A stretch of DNA of 64,000 nucleotides from Eledone cirrhosa (GCA_964016885.1 OZ024741.1:280550001-280614000), one strand, 5' to 3'; positions 50,376 to 64,000 are shown, counted from the stretch's first letter. Notes: generated by a model from the letters alone, not told the origin. Numbers and translations: made by a program.

Positions 50376-52282
50376 AGTTAATCTCATATAGATCTATATG
50401 TAGTAGTGATAAAAATATCCCAAAACCAATGAATGCTCAACAAAACAAGTAGAAATATGCGAGTCAGTTGAAAAAATCTGAAGGTCTGTGCAAAAAATCC
50501 ATGTAGGAGAAATATGTGTATGTAGCAATATCTGCATGTGCACACACTCATTCACAGCTGTGGTTGGTGTTAGGAAGGGCATCCAGCTGTAGAAACCAAG
50601 CCCAAATCAGTAAGATCAAGACATATCATCTGATCTGGCTTGTCTCAAAACAGAACAACTCGTCTAAACGATGCTAGTGTGGAAAAATGGAAGTTAAGTG
50701 GTGATGATGATGATATATATATACACACTGACCCTCAAATCTGATTGACAGACAATACTCTTTATATTTTACTCTATTATGATTTTATCAGTAAAGGAAT
50801 TTGTTTAATGATCTAAAACTTTGCTATGCTCCATAATATCCATAATATTTGCAAATGTTATACTTGACTTACCACATTTCATCAAGCTAATTTCCTTAAT
50901 GCCTTTCATTTCACCTTGTTCTGTTTAATGTCTTTTCTCTGAGCTGGCAATACATTCACTCATGTTGTTGTTTGCCTAGCTTGCTTGCTTGTTGCATTCA
51001 AATGATTTCCGGCAAACAATCCATTTTTATAAATATCTTTCTGTATCTTTTTGAGTTAGTGTAATGCCTGCAGTTCATTGTCTGATTAGAATATATGTAT
51101 GGACCCATAACTACTGGTAGAGTTGTAGGGGCACCATCATGACATTACACTGCGTCTTGGGTACTATAAACCTGGTGGAGTCCATCTCCTCTCCAGGTCT
51201 GAACACAGCCAATTTCTTCTAGAGAAGGTAAGAGAGAGGAAGTGAAAAAGATTTAGAAAAAGAATCAACCCCAGTATTGGACTAGCACTTTTTTTTAAAT
51301 CAAACATTATGAGGCAAGACATGTCAGGTGACCACATCTTTCTCATATGCTCTGTTTTGGGTTTGGTTTCTACTGCTGGATCCCTTTTCTAAAGACAACC
51401 AATTTACGTGTACTGGGAACATTTTATCATGACTTTGACACTACCACTTTGCAGGATGGAGTACGTGCTTTTTGTCACGAAACTGCCATCAAGTAGTTGT
51501 ATACTAATTTAGTCCATGTAAAATGGCCAGCTACTCTATGGCTTAGTTTAAATTTTAAAATTCTCTTATAACTGCTTATCACTTCAGAAAGTTATAATAA
51601 AGAAGAAAGAAATAGTTGGTTAGTCATAATTAACGCTATGACTGCAGTGTTTTAAATCTTGCTTAGGTGAACATAACCTTTTCAGATTTTCAATGATTGA
51701 TAGAAAGTAAATGCCAGGTTATACAGCCATAGAATATTGATCTGACAGATAGCATACTTGACATTGCTTAATGCAGCCATCAGCCTCAGATTCAGACAAG
51801 GCAGGATAGAGAAATCTCTTGATAATAGATCTGTAATAGATCTAGAAAAGATAGTTTGAAAACAAACCATCTTCCTATGGTGATAAATGACTGGAAGGAT
51901 ACTATGGCTATATAAAACAACATAAACTATACTACTATTTACTTGACTTCCAGTACAGTGTTTACATGAACAAAACCAGAGTACTCAATGTATATAGTAG
52001 AGAAATATTGTAAGTCTGAGCCATAATGTATTATCACTAACAGAGTATGTGTATGTGAGTGTGTGTGCACCCCACTCCGCATTCCAAAACACACACATAG
52101 AGGGAACAGTCAATTATATCAACCAGTACTTGGCTGGTACTTATTTTAATGACCCCAGACAGAAAGATGAATGGTATCAATGTCATGCAAAAGATGTCTG
52201 AGAATGACAATGTCCACCCTGCTGTTGTCACTTCTACTTACCTTCAGTAACTGCTGTTTCTCCATCTTAATTCTTCTTACAA

Positions 52283-52388
<106 letters not shown>

Positions 52389-53449
52389 CTATTACCACAT
52401 GTTTCTCCTGTTTTGTTTTATTCTTTGTTGTTTTTCTGTTTCTTTCTTTTTTTCTATCTCTTCTACTCCATGCATTCTCTTATTTTTTCAGCTAACCATA
52501 AGTGTTAATCTCTATGCTTTGTTATCTTCTGTATCTGAAATTAGATATTCAGTGTTCACATTTGTAAATCATCTGGATCTTTATTTAACCTTGCAATTGC
52601 ATTTCTATTTAAAGTTATATTTCTTTAGTTTCTCTATTATATAAAATTACTTTTTTTTTAATGATGTTTCCATCAATAATGCCATGAAAAAGATGAGTTC
52701 TAAGGGCAGCAGAAAGGGGGTAGCTGGAATCATGCATGGCCTATGGCCTATTATACATAGGATGCTCAAGAGTTCGAAGCCCCCATCATCACCAATCTCT
52801 TTATTTATGTCCCTCCTGGAAAAACCAAAACTATTGTTCATTCTGAGGTGCTGTTATAACAGTGTTCAGTATTCCTATGACTGGGATTGGTTACAGACCT
52901 AACACTGTATAAGCTGGAACTCCTTGAAATTCTTGATATTTCTTCTATGTTGCATCTATTGCTCCTGGACAGTTCCAATATTTAGAAACGTTATTGACTC
53001 CTTACGAGAAGGATTTTATTTCCATTGGTAGTTTACCTTCTAACATTCCAGTTTCCACTCATTTCCAAAACGATTTTAAATCCATTCATGACCATATTTC
53101 TAATGAACTACACTCTATTTCAATTAGTTAATAAAGAATTTTGAGGGATTTACTAAAATTATCAATTATTTCATTACTAAGATAGTAACTTAATGTAAGG
53201 TTCTTATATAAAATTATGTTGGAAAATTTTAATTTAAATTAGAAACCTTTAAATTAGTTGGGTTTATTTCATAGAATCAGAGCTGGTTTTGGCCAGGTTG
53301 GCAACAAAAGAGTTACGAATTAAAGAATTTCAAGAAGAAGATAGAATATTATGTTCAATAATAGTTTCAAATGAGTTTAAACTGTTTCATTTTTCACTTA
53401 ATTAGTCCTGCATGAATTAGCTATATCACATCTACATAATTATGAAGTA

Positions 53450-53788
53450 CAGTGGAATCTTGGTTCACAAATGCCTTGCATCACAAACAAACTGATTCTC
53501 GGAATATTTTTCCAAACATAAAATTTCTTGGTTCATGAATGGTGCCTTGAGTAATGAGCATGCAAGCCGGATACAGCAACAACAGTTGGCAACAAGCTGG
53601 GAGTGTCAGCGGAAAATGTTACTTTCTGTGTAGTTAGTTATTATGGTGACATCTATCTGTCTTTCACAATCTCTCGTTGTATTTCTCTCTCAACATTTGA
53701 TATGGGAAAAATAGTTTCAGTTTATGAACATTTTGGCTGACGAATGGCCTTCAGGTAAAAATTAAGTTCGTGAACTGAGATTCCACTG
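53450..53788. mobile_element. Tc1/pogo-type MITE (a partial copy also lies at about 60500-60666)
   Basis: TA-CAGTGGAATCTTGGTTCAC ... GTGAACTGAGATTCCACTG-TA. Confidence 0.85.
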
Positions 53789-55268
53789 TATATTATTCTT
53801 ATTGAACACACATCTGTAGCACAGCTCATAAGACACCAGAATGCTATAAAAGTTTCGAGAAATGAAATATTTCTTTTCATAAGAGATTCAATAGTGTTCT
53901 ATTTAACTAAACATGTTTTCATTAAGAATAATTCTGGTACATTTTTATCTACATTTTAGCTTGGGCAATGATAGGTATTCTGCTAGTATATAGAAAAGGT
54001 AACCGTATATATATATATATGTGTGTGCATGTGAGTGTGAATATATATATATGCATGTATATGTATATATAGTAAAGATAGCAAAGCCAATTGTATATAT
54101 ATATGTATGTCTGTGTATGTATGTGTGTATATATATATATTATATATATAATGTATGCGTGTGTCTATGTATAAACACAATATCAATGAAATGGTCTATA
54201 AATATTCAATACAAAATGGTTATAATATATTGATTTTTGGTGTAAAGAATGCAGAGTGGAGAGCTACGTTATTAAATCTATTAGTCAATAACTGGTAACA
54301 TCTTTATCTCACTGAACTGCTTATCAATTTGTATGATGTAAAGGTGGTGAAGCTGTAAAAGTCACTTTTTTCTGAATTCACCTCCAATGTAAATTTCTTG
54401 TTCATAATATATAATTATCTCTCTCTCTATTTATATAATGTCAAGGCAGTGAATTCTCTGTTACTTTATATTTATTGTAAATAGTATTAATGCCAATATA
54501 CTCCTGACTTCTTTGCCCATACAAGTCCAGTAATGGAGTCAAAGCTCTCTCTCATATCGGATTTTTTCCAACCTGGAAAGAAGATGTGTTCCGCCAGGTT
54601 TAAAGTACCCAAGACACTCTGTATTTCATAATAGAGCTCCTACAATTCCATCATAAGTGATGGGTCTACACAAAAATATGGTGTCAGCAAGAAATTAAAA
54701 CTTAATTTCACCAAAAAATTAATTTCCATGCTTAGTTGGAGACCTGGATTTTGCCTGCATGCAAGGTCACAACTTTAGACATGTTTTGCTCATATTAGGC
54801 TTCATCAGCAAAGCAGTCTTCTCAAGCCTACTTAGTTGGTAAAATAGTTCTCACATACAATTTTTTTATTTGTTTCAGCCATTGGACTGTGGTTATACTG
54901 TGGCACTGCCTTGATTTAGTCAATTGTATTGGAGCAAGTACTTATATTTTCAAGTTTGGTACTTATTTTATCAATTTCTCTTTTGTCGGACCACTAAATT
55001 ATGGAACATAAACACACACACACACATTTGATGGTCTTCTGTACAGTTTCTCCTTACAGAAATTTCACTAACAAAGCATCAGTCAAGCCAAGGCTATAGT
55101 AGAAGTCATTTGCCCAAGATGCTACACAGTGGGACTGAACCAAGAACCACATGATTGCAAAGCAAACTCCTTAACCACATATCTATGCTTGCAGCTATGC
55201 AGACATTGCTATTACTTATTACAAAAAACCCTTCATTTTTCCCCACTTCTCTTTGTCTCCCTATCCAG

Positions 55269-55407
55269 GATGAAATTAAAACTACTAATGATGCTCTACA
55301 GAAGTCATGTGCACCACTACTGGAACGGGGGGAAGAACTTATCCATTGCCGAAAAATACAGAAGAATATTGCCTCTGCTATTGAGAGCTTATCTTTATGT
55401 TTGCCTG
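55269..55407 (+). CDS. EXOC6: Sec15/EXOC6 coding exon
   Basis: Polypyrimidine tract plus ccag|GAT; donor CCTG|gtaagt. Translates DEIKTTNDALQKSCAPLLERGEELIHCRKIQKNIASAIESLSLCLP(V), like EXOC6 CRIQQRNI...LQLCLPV. Phase 0 in, phase 1 out. Confidence 0.93.
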
Positions 55408-56805
55408 GTAAGTAAAATAATCAGAGATATTTTTTTTAGTGGTTTTCTTTTCCTTTTTTGTTTTTTATTCTTCTCTACAATTCTTTTTCTGAATTCTTCT
55501 TAGTTTTGATTTTTGCTTTATTCTTTCTCTACATTTTAACCCTTTAGCATTTACATTACTCTATATTTACTATTATATTTTCATGATAAAGGCTTTGTCT
55601 CACATAATATCGAATCTATGAGATTTTGATATTAATAATTTTGAGAATAATACCTTAACATCAGTATGAGCAGCTAGTTACAGCCAGTTTGAACAGGAAG
55701 AGATGAGAGAATTCTGGCCGGATACAGCAATGCTAAAGAGTTAATAAGAACATTGACTGACTTGTAACAAATTAACATGCCCAGCAAATCAAGAAATATG
55801 TTCAATATAGCTTCATGTTGGTTGGATGGAAAGTGACTTTGCTTAATATTTAGAATTCGATACTGTTTACGCAGTGTAAGCAGTGGGTACAGAAATGTTG
55901 TTGTTTGATCTCTGGCAGACTGACAGGAAACTTTGATTTCACTTGTGATTGATCTTTTTCTTTAGTTCCTTTTGCTTCCCATGGAGCATTGGGTGATGGT
56001 ATGTCTCCATTCACACAATTGCAAGCTTTGTTATATGAGCCTGTTCCCAGGTTAGGTATCTGCTCGTCATTTCTGTAGCAATGTTAGGTTGCTAGACTCA
56101 CACTCCATCCCTCCTTCCTTCTCAACACAGGCCTAAAACTAGCTAAATGTTTCGAAGTGAGGGGTGAGGTTCTGTAGTGACCCATTCCAGGTACAATCAG
56201 TTGGAATCATTTGAACTTGGAACTACATCACTTTACTTTATTTTTAAACAAACACTAGACAATTCTATATCCAGTTTTGAAATAACATTTCTTTAAATCG
56301 TTTCACCCTATTTTCAAAGAGACAGTGGTTAACAGTTAGTCTAGTATTAAAATAATATTTCTTCAAATCACTTTACTCTATTTTCAAAGCATCAGTAGAT
56401 AACACTATGTCCAGGAATGATTATCAGTTGCAACAACCATAGCATTAGATCTTTGAACTGCTTAGATGGTTTGTAAGTGGTAGTCCATAAATTTTGTTAT
56501 CTTGATGACTTAATCTGATCTGAAGGTGGAGATAGTGGAAGTATGTATAGCAGCTTCAGTAAAAGAAGAGTAAACGTTGTTTAAGGAACAAGTTTCCTCT
56601 GGATTAAATACCTCAGCATTTACTCTAACTCTCTGACTTCTGAGTTTAGAACCCACTTCCTGTCACTGGAAAAGCAGTGACACTTTTGCCAAATAGTATC
56701 AGCAATAAAAAACCCAATGGAAACAGTTTTCTTTGGTCTGATCTGATGATCAGTTTATTTCATTTGTTCTGCAGTAAATAATTCTCTACTGTTTTCCATT
56801 TTCAG

Positions 56806-56851
56806 TTCTAGAGATGTATGGTAAACTTAAGGAACAGATGAAAAGCAAGAG
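56806..56851 (+). CDS. EXOC6: Sec15/EXOC6 46-nt coding exon
   Basis: ttttcag|TT ... AG|gttagt. Translates (V)LEMYGKLKEQMKSK(R), like EXOC6 VLEMYSKLKEQM..KR. Phases fit both neighbours. Confidence 0.93.
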
Positions 56852-56929
56852 GTTAGTAATCAGATTGTATTGTGGTTGTTATAGTTGTTGACTCTTAACA
56901 TCCTGTACCACACGAAACCACATTGCTAA

Positions 56930-58030
56930 AACATTCTTGTAAAGTACAAAACAGCACTGTGACTATCACATTAAAGATTGAAGTCTGCAAATTTTCACAA
57001 CTATTTATCCACTAGTAAAAATACCATAAACATTCGAATTAATAAACCGATTTATAGATATTTTTTGCTAAATCATTACAGGATGTTATGAGTTAAATCT
57101 CAAAGAGATTTGCCTGTCACCTTTTTAGAAGCTGATAAACTACAAGTTAATACAGGGTGTCTCAAAAGTCACTATCTATTTTGAACAGCAATAAGTACAT
57201 CAAAATAGATAATAACTTTTGAGACACCTTATATCTATCTATATATATATATATATATATAACCTAATTTGTCTATTATAATCATGATTGTATATTCCAT
57301 TCCTTTCTAAGTCTAACAATTCACAACATGATATATATTTTACTGTTTTACATATTTATGTATTTGTTCTAGCATGATTAGGAATATTTTTCACAGATAT
57401 AAATATTTGCATGTTGCAGCAGTAATTGTCTCAACAAATAATTGCCATTTTCTGTGCTAACCAAATAACCATGAAGTGCTATTATAATGCTTTGCTCAAG
57501 AGGCATCACAATGGCACAATGGCTGTATGCTCTGATCAGCAAGTTCAATGCATTGTTTATAAATAGTCTGGTACTTTTAACCTCTGAGCAATTCTGCTTC
57601 AACCATATAAAAATAAGTATAAATATTTAATATACTATATGATTAAATTGATAAAATATTCTTGGCTGGAATTTGGAAAATGCTGAGTTGCAGAGCCACG
57701 AGATTGACTTTTTTTATGGAAAAATTCCAGAAATTTAGTAATTTCTTATCAAATCTAGTTATTAAAATTTAGAGTGTTTTTCCAGATTTTGGCAAATGTC
57801 TTTACACAAAATTTTGGTAAAATTTCTAGAAACGTTTTATTAGTTAATCTAACTACAAAATATAATTTTAATGAAACAGATATTTTAATTAAGCTGCTGA
57901 TAATCTAAATAACTTATTTAGGTGACGCTAAATAATTAATCTGACTGGTAACAAGAAAATAATTCTGAGAACAGTAATATTCTAAAAGATAGGTGCCTTT
58001 AAGTGATGAATGAGTCTTTAACTCTTTTTA
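56930..58030 (-). repeat. Right arm of the ~1 kb inverted duplication
   Basis: High-identity core about 57030-57939 versus 44423-45330; includes a shared ~80-bp CAGGGTGTCTCAAAAGT mini-MITE. Confidence 0.92.
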
Positions 58031-58825
58031 TTGAAATCTGCAAATTTTCACATCCTTTAGTAAAGATACTATAAATATTTGAATTAACAAATCCATTTTC
58101 TCCTAAATTGTTACAGGATGTTAGCTAAACATTCTTCAAAAGTACAAAACAGCATTATGACCGAATTGAAGTCTTTAATCTAATACTGCAAATTTTCACA
58201 ATGATCTATCCACTAATAAAAATACTATAAATATTTGAATTCAAAAATCCCATTGTTAGACATTTTCTGCTAAATAATTATTGGATGTCATGGCTATTAA
58301 ATTGACACAGATACAGCTGGGTTGCTAAGTACTTCTGGAATCACTACTGTGCAGCACTTTGGCAAGTGGGGTTTTTACTGTAGCCTCAGGTTAACTCAAG
58401 TCTTGTGAGTAAATATTAAGTTAACAGAAACAGCATGGAAGCTTATTGGTTGAAGTTCAGTTTTTTCTGGTTGGTAGACTTAATCTATTGCCCATATTTG
58501 AACACCACAACATGGACCCCAGGAGCATTTATTAGAGCCCATTCTGTTGTAATCATTCACATCAGATCTCTGGCCTAAGACTAACTTGATGCAAACTTGT
58601 AGAATGGAAGCTACAAATTGATAATTAAACTAGATAGATACAATATAATCTAGTCTGAGATAATGTTCTTGTGCATATGCACACACTTGATTAAAAACCC
58701 ATAAAAAACAATGTTCCAATATGGCTACAGTCTAATGACCAACAAAATAATAAAAGATTGTGGACATGTTAAAAAAACATTTCCTTATTTTCAAGTCCCT
58801 AACAGTAATCTTTTTGTCTTTTCAG

Positions 58826-59030
58826 ATATTACCCTGCCCTTAAAACTCTGGAACAACTCGAACACACATTCCTTCCAAGGGTCAATACACACTGGTTCTC
58901 TCAAACAATGGCTGATGCCATTCCCAAACTACGGGAGAGCATTAAAGATGCTTCAATGTCTGACTTGAAAGACTTCTTGGAAAACATCCGCAAACATTCA
59001 GCTCGGATTGGGGAGGTGGCAATGAGACAT
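58826..59030 (+). CDS. EXOC6: Sec15/EXOC6 coding exon
   Basis: ttttcag|A ... CAT|gtacgt. Translates YYPALKTLEQLEHTFLPRVNTHWFSQTMADAIPKLRESIKDASMSDLKDFLENIRKHSARIGEVAMRH; SMSDLKDFLE.IRKHS is a Sec15 hallmark. Confidence 0.96.
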
Positions 59031-59848
59031 GTACGTTGTCTGACTTTCTTTCAACTTTCTTGATTTACCTCAGCTTCAATAGTTTAAATTCTTCTATAAC
59101 TTTGTATAACACTATCATTTTCATCTAATATATTCGGATCAGTGTCCCCATCTTGTTATGGACTTTACATTCCAGCTTTGATACTTTAGTTACCAACCCA
59201 GCCAAAACTAGCTCTATTTCTATAAAATAAAACCACTCATTTTAAAGGTTTCCAATTTAAATTAAAATCTTCCAACATAATTTTATATGAGAACCTTACA
59301 TTAAGTTACTATCTTAGTAATGTAATAATTAATAATTTTAGTAAATCCCTCGAAATTCTCCATTAATTAAAATAATGTATTTCATTAGAAATGCAGTCAT
59401 GAAAGAGTTAGCCTTTCTCTTTAACCCTTTCAATACCACATTTCTAATGCCCTTGATTTTCAAACAATTTTGAAAATAATCAACAGTTTAAAGGAATTTA
59501 GTAATATAGCTTTCTCATGATTAAGCTTGTGTCTAAGGGTGGTGGATTGGTAGTATTGGTAGAGTGTTGGACACCATGCTCCATGGCATAGAGTTACAGC
59601 CATTTACGTTCTGAGTTCAAATCCCAATGAGACCAGCTAAACCTGCAAAGATTTGAGCTGTAACATGTTATCATTAAAATACCCAAGAAATCTCCTATAA
59701 GGTGCAACATTGTAGATTTCATTTCATTTTGATAAATTAAACAAATTGCTAGGAAATTAGGGTTTCATTCATTTGCAGACGTGTTTAGTGACCTTATAAT
59801 TAGTTTCTGTTTAGTTTGGTATACAGTCCAGCTTGGTGAGGATGTGTT

Positions 59849-60093
59849 AAATAATTGTTTCTACTTTTGGCACGAGGCCAGCAATTACCCAGTACATTAA
59901 ATAATAATTGTTTCTACTTTTGGCACAAGGCCAGCAATTATTCCAGTGCATTACTGGTACTTTATTTTATCGACCCCCATTAGGATGAAAGGCAAAGTTA
60001 ACCTCGACGGGATTTGAACTCAGAATGGCAAGGGCCGTAACTCTATGCGTCAGCGCATGGTGTCCGACCCTCTACCGATACTGCCAATCCACG
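59849..60093 (-). mobile_element. Young tRNA-derived SINE copy with duplicated 3' end
   Basis: Minus strand GGATTGGCAG A-box-like start and GAGTTCAAATCC B box; tail segment repeated. Confidence 0.8.
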
Positions 60094-61299
60094 TTCACAC
60101 AAAACTTTTAAAAAATTCAAAATTTGCCTCTTAGCTGGTAAACAAAACAAAAACCTAGTGGCAATTGTTAGAGACAGTTAAAGAAAAGGGAAATAATTTA
60201 AAGAAATTAGGAATTGTGTGTATTTACTGAGCACTTATGTTTTATGTGCATAACTATAGCAGATACACTGTGTGTGTACATGCACATATATATGTATATC
60301 AACCTCATCATCATTTTACATCCATGCTGGCATGGGTTGGACATATATATATATGTATATCATCATGATTTAATTTCCGTTTTCCTGCTAGCAAGGGTTG
60401 GACAGGTCATCAAAGACCAAGTCAGTACTTAATCGGAATTACTGATCTCTAGGAAGGACCGGGGATCGCACAACACTTACAAACAGTCATACAATTTACA
60501 GAATGCACTGTGTGCATCTTATTATTGCTGTATAGTTAGTTACTCTGGTGATCTGTCTTTCACACACAGTCACTCTCTCAACATTTCATAGGGGAAAAAT
60601 AGTTTCAGTTTTGGGTGACTAACAGCCTTCAGGAACGAATTAAGTTCATGAGCCGAGGTTCCATTGTATATATATACATATACTTTTAACACATACACAC
60701 CCACCACCTTTATTCTGTCCTCTTATTATAACCCCCCCCCCCCCCCTTACCCAGATCACTTTATAACCACATACCTTTATCCAGATCTATTTACAAACAT
60801 TTACTTTCCACCAAAAACTAATAATTTATACCCTTTTCTCCCTCACCTGTTCCTTTTATATTAGATTATTTTAGTTATACTCCCCCATGTCCTTGCACAC
60901 CCACCATGTTTTAAGTATATACATGTTTTTATTTTTATAATTGAGTGTGTTTCCTCACTTAGTTCCATTATATTGTTTGTCTTAAGTATGTTTATAACTA
61001 TACATACATATGTATGCATGAGTATACGTGTGTGTACAGATATTTATATATATATATATACTTATGTGCATGTGCGCGTGTCTGTCTGTGTGTGTATGTA
61101 TGTATGCGTGTGTGTGTATGTACGTGTGTTATGTCCTCTTCCTTATATTGTATGTATGCTTATATGTGTGCGTGTTTTTGTATATTTACGAGTACTTTTA
61201 CGTGTGTATACATATATGTATGTGTCTCTATATATATATAGAAAGAGCTTGTGTGGGTATATGTGTGTGTATATATATATATACACATACGTATATATA

Positions 61300-61368
<69 letters not shown>

Positions 61369-61833
61369 AGTGTGTGTATGCATGTATACGTTTGTGTGTG
61401 TATATATACGTATGTTTGTATATATATATATGTGTGTGTATGTAAATATATATATTTCTTAATTCCTCACCCCCTCCCACCTTTCGTTGTCAACCCGTCC
61501 CTTTTTGCTTTCATTTTATTTCCTATCCTTTATTTTTTGATTTTATTTATTTATATCTGGTCCCGCAACTACTTTCCAATGTGTTGTTGCGCTTATGTGA
61601 GTGAAAGATCACACGCATATGTGTGTATTTGTATTTCCATGCAGACACACATATGCTTATGTATGAATGTATATCTTTACATACTATTACGTATATGAGT
61701 GAGTTTGTGTATGTATTTGGATATTTATTTATTAATTTTTTCCCCCTCAATTTTTGCCCATTATTTTATTTCAGCCTCACTTTCATTTATCCTATACTCT
61801 GTTTTCAAATCCATATTACTACTTCATAAATAA

Positions 61834-61899
61834 ATTTTCTTCTGATGAATGAAGACAGACATAAATATCTGTCTTCAAGAAACCACTGGTAAATGAAAT
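61834..61899 (+). ncRNA. Type I hammerhead ribozyme motif near a 3' splice site
   Basis: ATTTTCTT-CTGATGA-A-TGAAGACAGA-CATAAATA-TCTGTCTTCA-A-GAAA-CCACTGG-TA-AATGAAAT. Perfect 10-bp stem II but A-A mismatch at its base; quasi-palindromic stem III. Confidence 0.7.
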
Positions 61900-61963
61900 A
61901 ATTATCTTATGTTGTTTATTACATAACTATATATACATATATATGTAATATTTGTCATTTCAG

Positions 61964-62101
61964 GCTGCTGAGCAGAACAATATTGATCCCTCCATAGTGA
62001 AACAGAAACGTCGGCGTAGAGCTCCACCACCTCCCAATCCTTTCACTGGAGAGATACCAGCAGTCCAAGAAGAAACTGAGGAGGAACAATTAGATGAAGA
62101 A
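61964..62101 (+). CDS. EXOC6: Sec15/EXOC6 coding exon (low-complexity linker)
   Basis: tttcag|GCT ... GAA|gtaagt; 138 nt, phase 0-0. Translates AAEQNNIDPSIVKQKRRRRAPPPPNPFTGEIPAVQEETEEEQLDEE, at the position of the variable acidic linker of Sec15. Confidence 0.88.
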
Positions 62102-62807
62102 GTAAGTGTGGAGAAATGTTGTGTGTGTGTGTGTGTGTGTTAGTGCAAAAAGACTGTAGATTGCAAACATCATTAGAATGTCATATAGAATACTTTACAA
62201 TATTCCTTCTGGTTCTCTGCACTCTCTGAGGTAAACATCTGCAGAAGTCAACTTTGCCTTTCATCTTTTCGAGGTCATTGTTAAAGGTATCAGCCTAGTA
62301 CAAGATCTATTCTTCCTCTATATCTCGTCCTCACCTCCTCTCTCACATTATCTTTTCCTCTGGAGGAAATCAGATACGTTCAGAACTGGAGAAAGTATGA
62401 CACTACAACACTACTCAGACGCTATCAGAAGTTAAGGGTACATGCATGCTTACATTCACACATATTCACAGATACACATAAATACATGCATGCACATTCA
62501 CACATATATACACTCACAAATACATATATACCTGCATGCACATACACACACACATATATATATACACACACTCATACATATATACGCACATATAAAACGG
62601 CAGTAGATTGGCAGAGTCGTTAAAGCATCAGACAAATGCATAGCAGTATTTGCTCCAGTTCTTTGTTCTGAGTTCAAATCGTGCTGTGGTCAACTTTACC
62701 TTTCATCTTTCTAGGTTGATAAAATAAAATACCAGTCAAGTACTGGAACCAATATAATTGATAAAAGAAATTGCTGGTCTTGTGTTGAAATGAAACAATA
62801 TAGATGC

Positions 62808-62975
62808 AAGCATGGTTGTATGATGAAGGAATCCAATACACAAATAGGTGGTTTGAAGTTCAGTTCAGTTGCATAACTCCTTAGGCAAGTGTCTTCTATT
62901 ATCGCCTTGGATTGACCGATGTCTTGTTACTGGAATTTGGTTGGTAGAAACTATACAGAAGACCATCAGATATGT
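62808..62975 (+). mobile_element. Decayed CORE-like SINE (relatives at about 42480-42635, 54860-55200, 58310-58450)
   Basis: CTTAGGCAAGTGTCTTCTATTAT.GCC.TGG.TTGACC motif. Confidence 0.6.
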
Positions 62976-63437
62976 GTGAGACCATGTTTTAGTTAACAGT
63001 TTGTTCGATCAATCGAATAGAACGACAAGATCTGACCTCACTCATTTACCGAGTGGGTGGAACTGGTCAAATCAGACAAAAGAAATAGTGTTTCCATTGG
63101 TCTTTCCATTACTAATACTATCTACCGGTTGCAACTCCTAGTAGAGAGAATGAAATAAAGTGGCTTGCTCGAGGACATAACACATCACCCGGTCTGTGAA
63201 TTGAACTCGCAACCTCATGATTGCAAATGTAATTCTCTCACCACTAAGTCACATACATTCTGTTTGTTAATGTTCTTTTGCATTTCAACAAAAGAAATCG
63301 ATAAAATTAGTACCAGATTTGCAGAAAGTAAGTACTGGGGTCAATATGACCAACTGAGTGGATTTTGTCACGGTGCCAGCATTAAGGAGATTGTCATTTA
63401 ACACAACTGAAACTCTTTTTTTTTTTTTTTTTTCTTT

Positions 63438-63608
63438 TTTGATGAGTTGTGGTGCACCTGGGCACTGTACACAATATTTCATTATTGTTATTGTTATTAT
63501 ATCATGACTCATACACTGTTCATTTTCCTGACATTTGTACATTATTCTATGTACTATACATGCACCTTTGATGAGTTGTAGTGCACCTGAGCACTGTACA
63601 CAATAATT

Positions 63609-63652
<44 letters not shown>

Positions 63653-63655
63653 TTA
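63438..63655 (+). mobile_element. Two tandem CR1 3' ends with (ATT)n tails
   Basis: GATGAGTTGTAGTGCACCTGAGCACTGTACACAATA-(ATT)n twice; same as 3473-3540. Confidence 0.85.
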
Positions 63656-63843
63656 TTCTCCTGACCATTTGGCAGATTTTCTATGGCTGCATGTTCTTCT
63701 TATCACTAACTAGTTTACAGAGTTTACAAGGTGTTTTATCATAACACCAACATTAGGAAGGTTGTGCTATCTTTAAAACAACTGAAACATCATCCTGACC
63801 CTTTCTAATCTCTATATTTTTTTTATTTCAATTTTCCTTTCAG

Positions 63844-63912
63844 GAACTTAGTGCTCAGGATCTAATTGATTTCTCACCAGTTTACAGATGCCTTCATATA
63901 TATTCAGTATTG
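63844..63912 (+). CDS. EXOC6: Sec15/EXOC6 coding exon (gene continues beyond window)
   Basis: tttcag|GAA ... TTG|gtaagt. Translates ELSAQDLIDFSPVYRCLHIYSVL, near-identical to the conserved Sec15 motif QDLVDFSPVYRCLHIYSVL. Confidence 0.96.
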
Positions 63913-64000
63913 GTAAGTAATCATTTTTAAAATATATGTGTATATATATTATTTGGGGGGGGGGGTGCTCAATCAGTTGATTGGGGTGGCTGTATCTTTA

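Noticed and set aside
60973-61698. Long YI/CV-rich ORFs (also near 1156, 7139, 30187, 52171, 53983)
   Set aside because: Translations of (TA)n, (TG)n and (CT)n microsatellites.

Overview
AT-rich, microsatellite-rich animal genomic DNA; the repeat landscape suggests a coleoid cephalopod, probably an octopod (inference, not verified). The window lies within one + strand gene, exocyst subunit Sec15/EXOC6. Six phase-compatible coding exons are visible (17134-17299, 55269-55407, 56806-56851, 58826-59030, 61964-62101, 63844-63912); the first coding exon was not found, and the intron 17300-55268 spans about 38 kb. The rest is intronic transposon material: RTE and CR1 LINEs, Penelope-like elements (PLEs), a near-intact DD37D Tc1/mariner element, MITEs, a non-autonomous Helitron and tRNA-derived SINEs. 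The most striking hidden signal is at least 8 type I hammerhead ribozyme motifs from several unrelated families. They lie in short PLE-like inserts ending at microsatellites, several in the host sense orientation. One is about 70 nt upstream of a 3' splice site, and two are paired with their own inverted copies. Also notable: a ~1 kb inverted duplication bracketing two exons (circRNA candidate), a PHD finger inside the RTE reverse transcriptase, and an RRRAPPPP-NPF motif in Sec15. All coordinates, alignments and folds were done by eye; TE boundaries are approximate.
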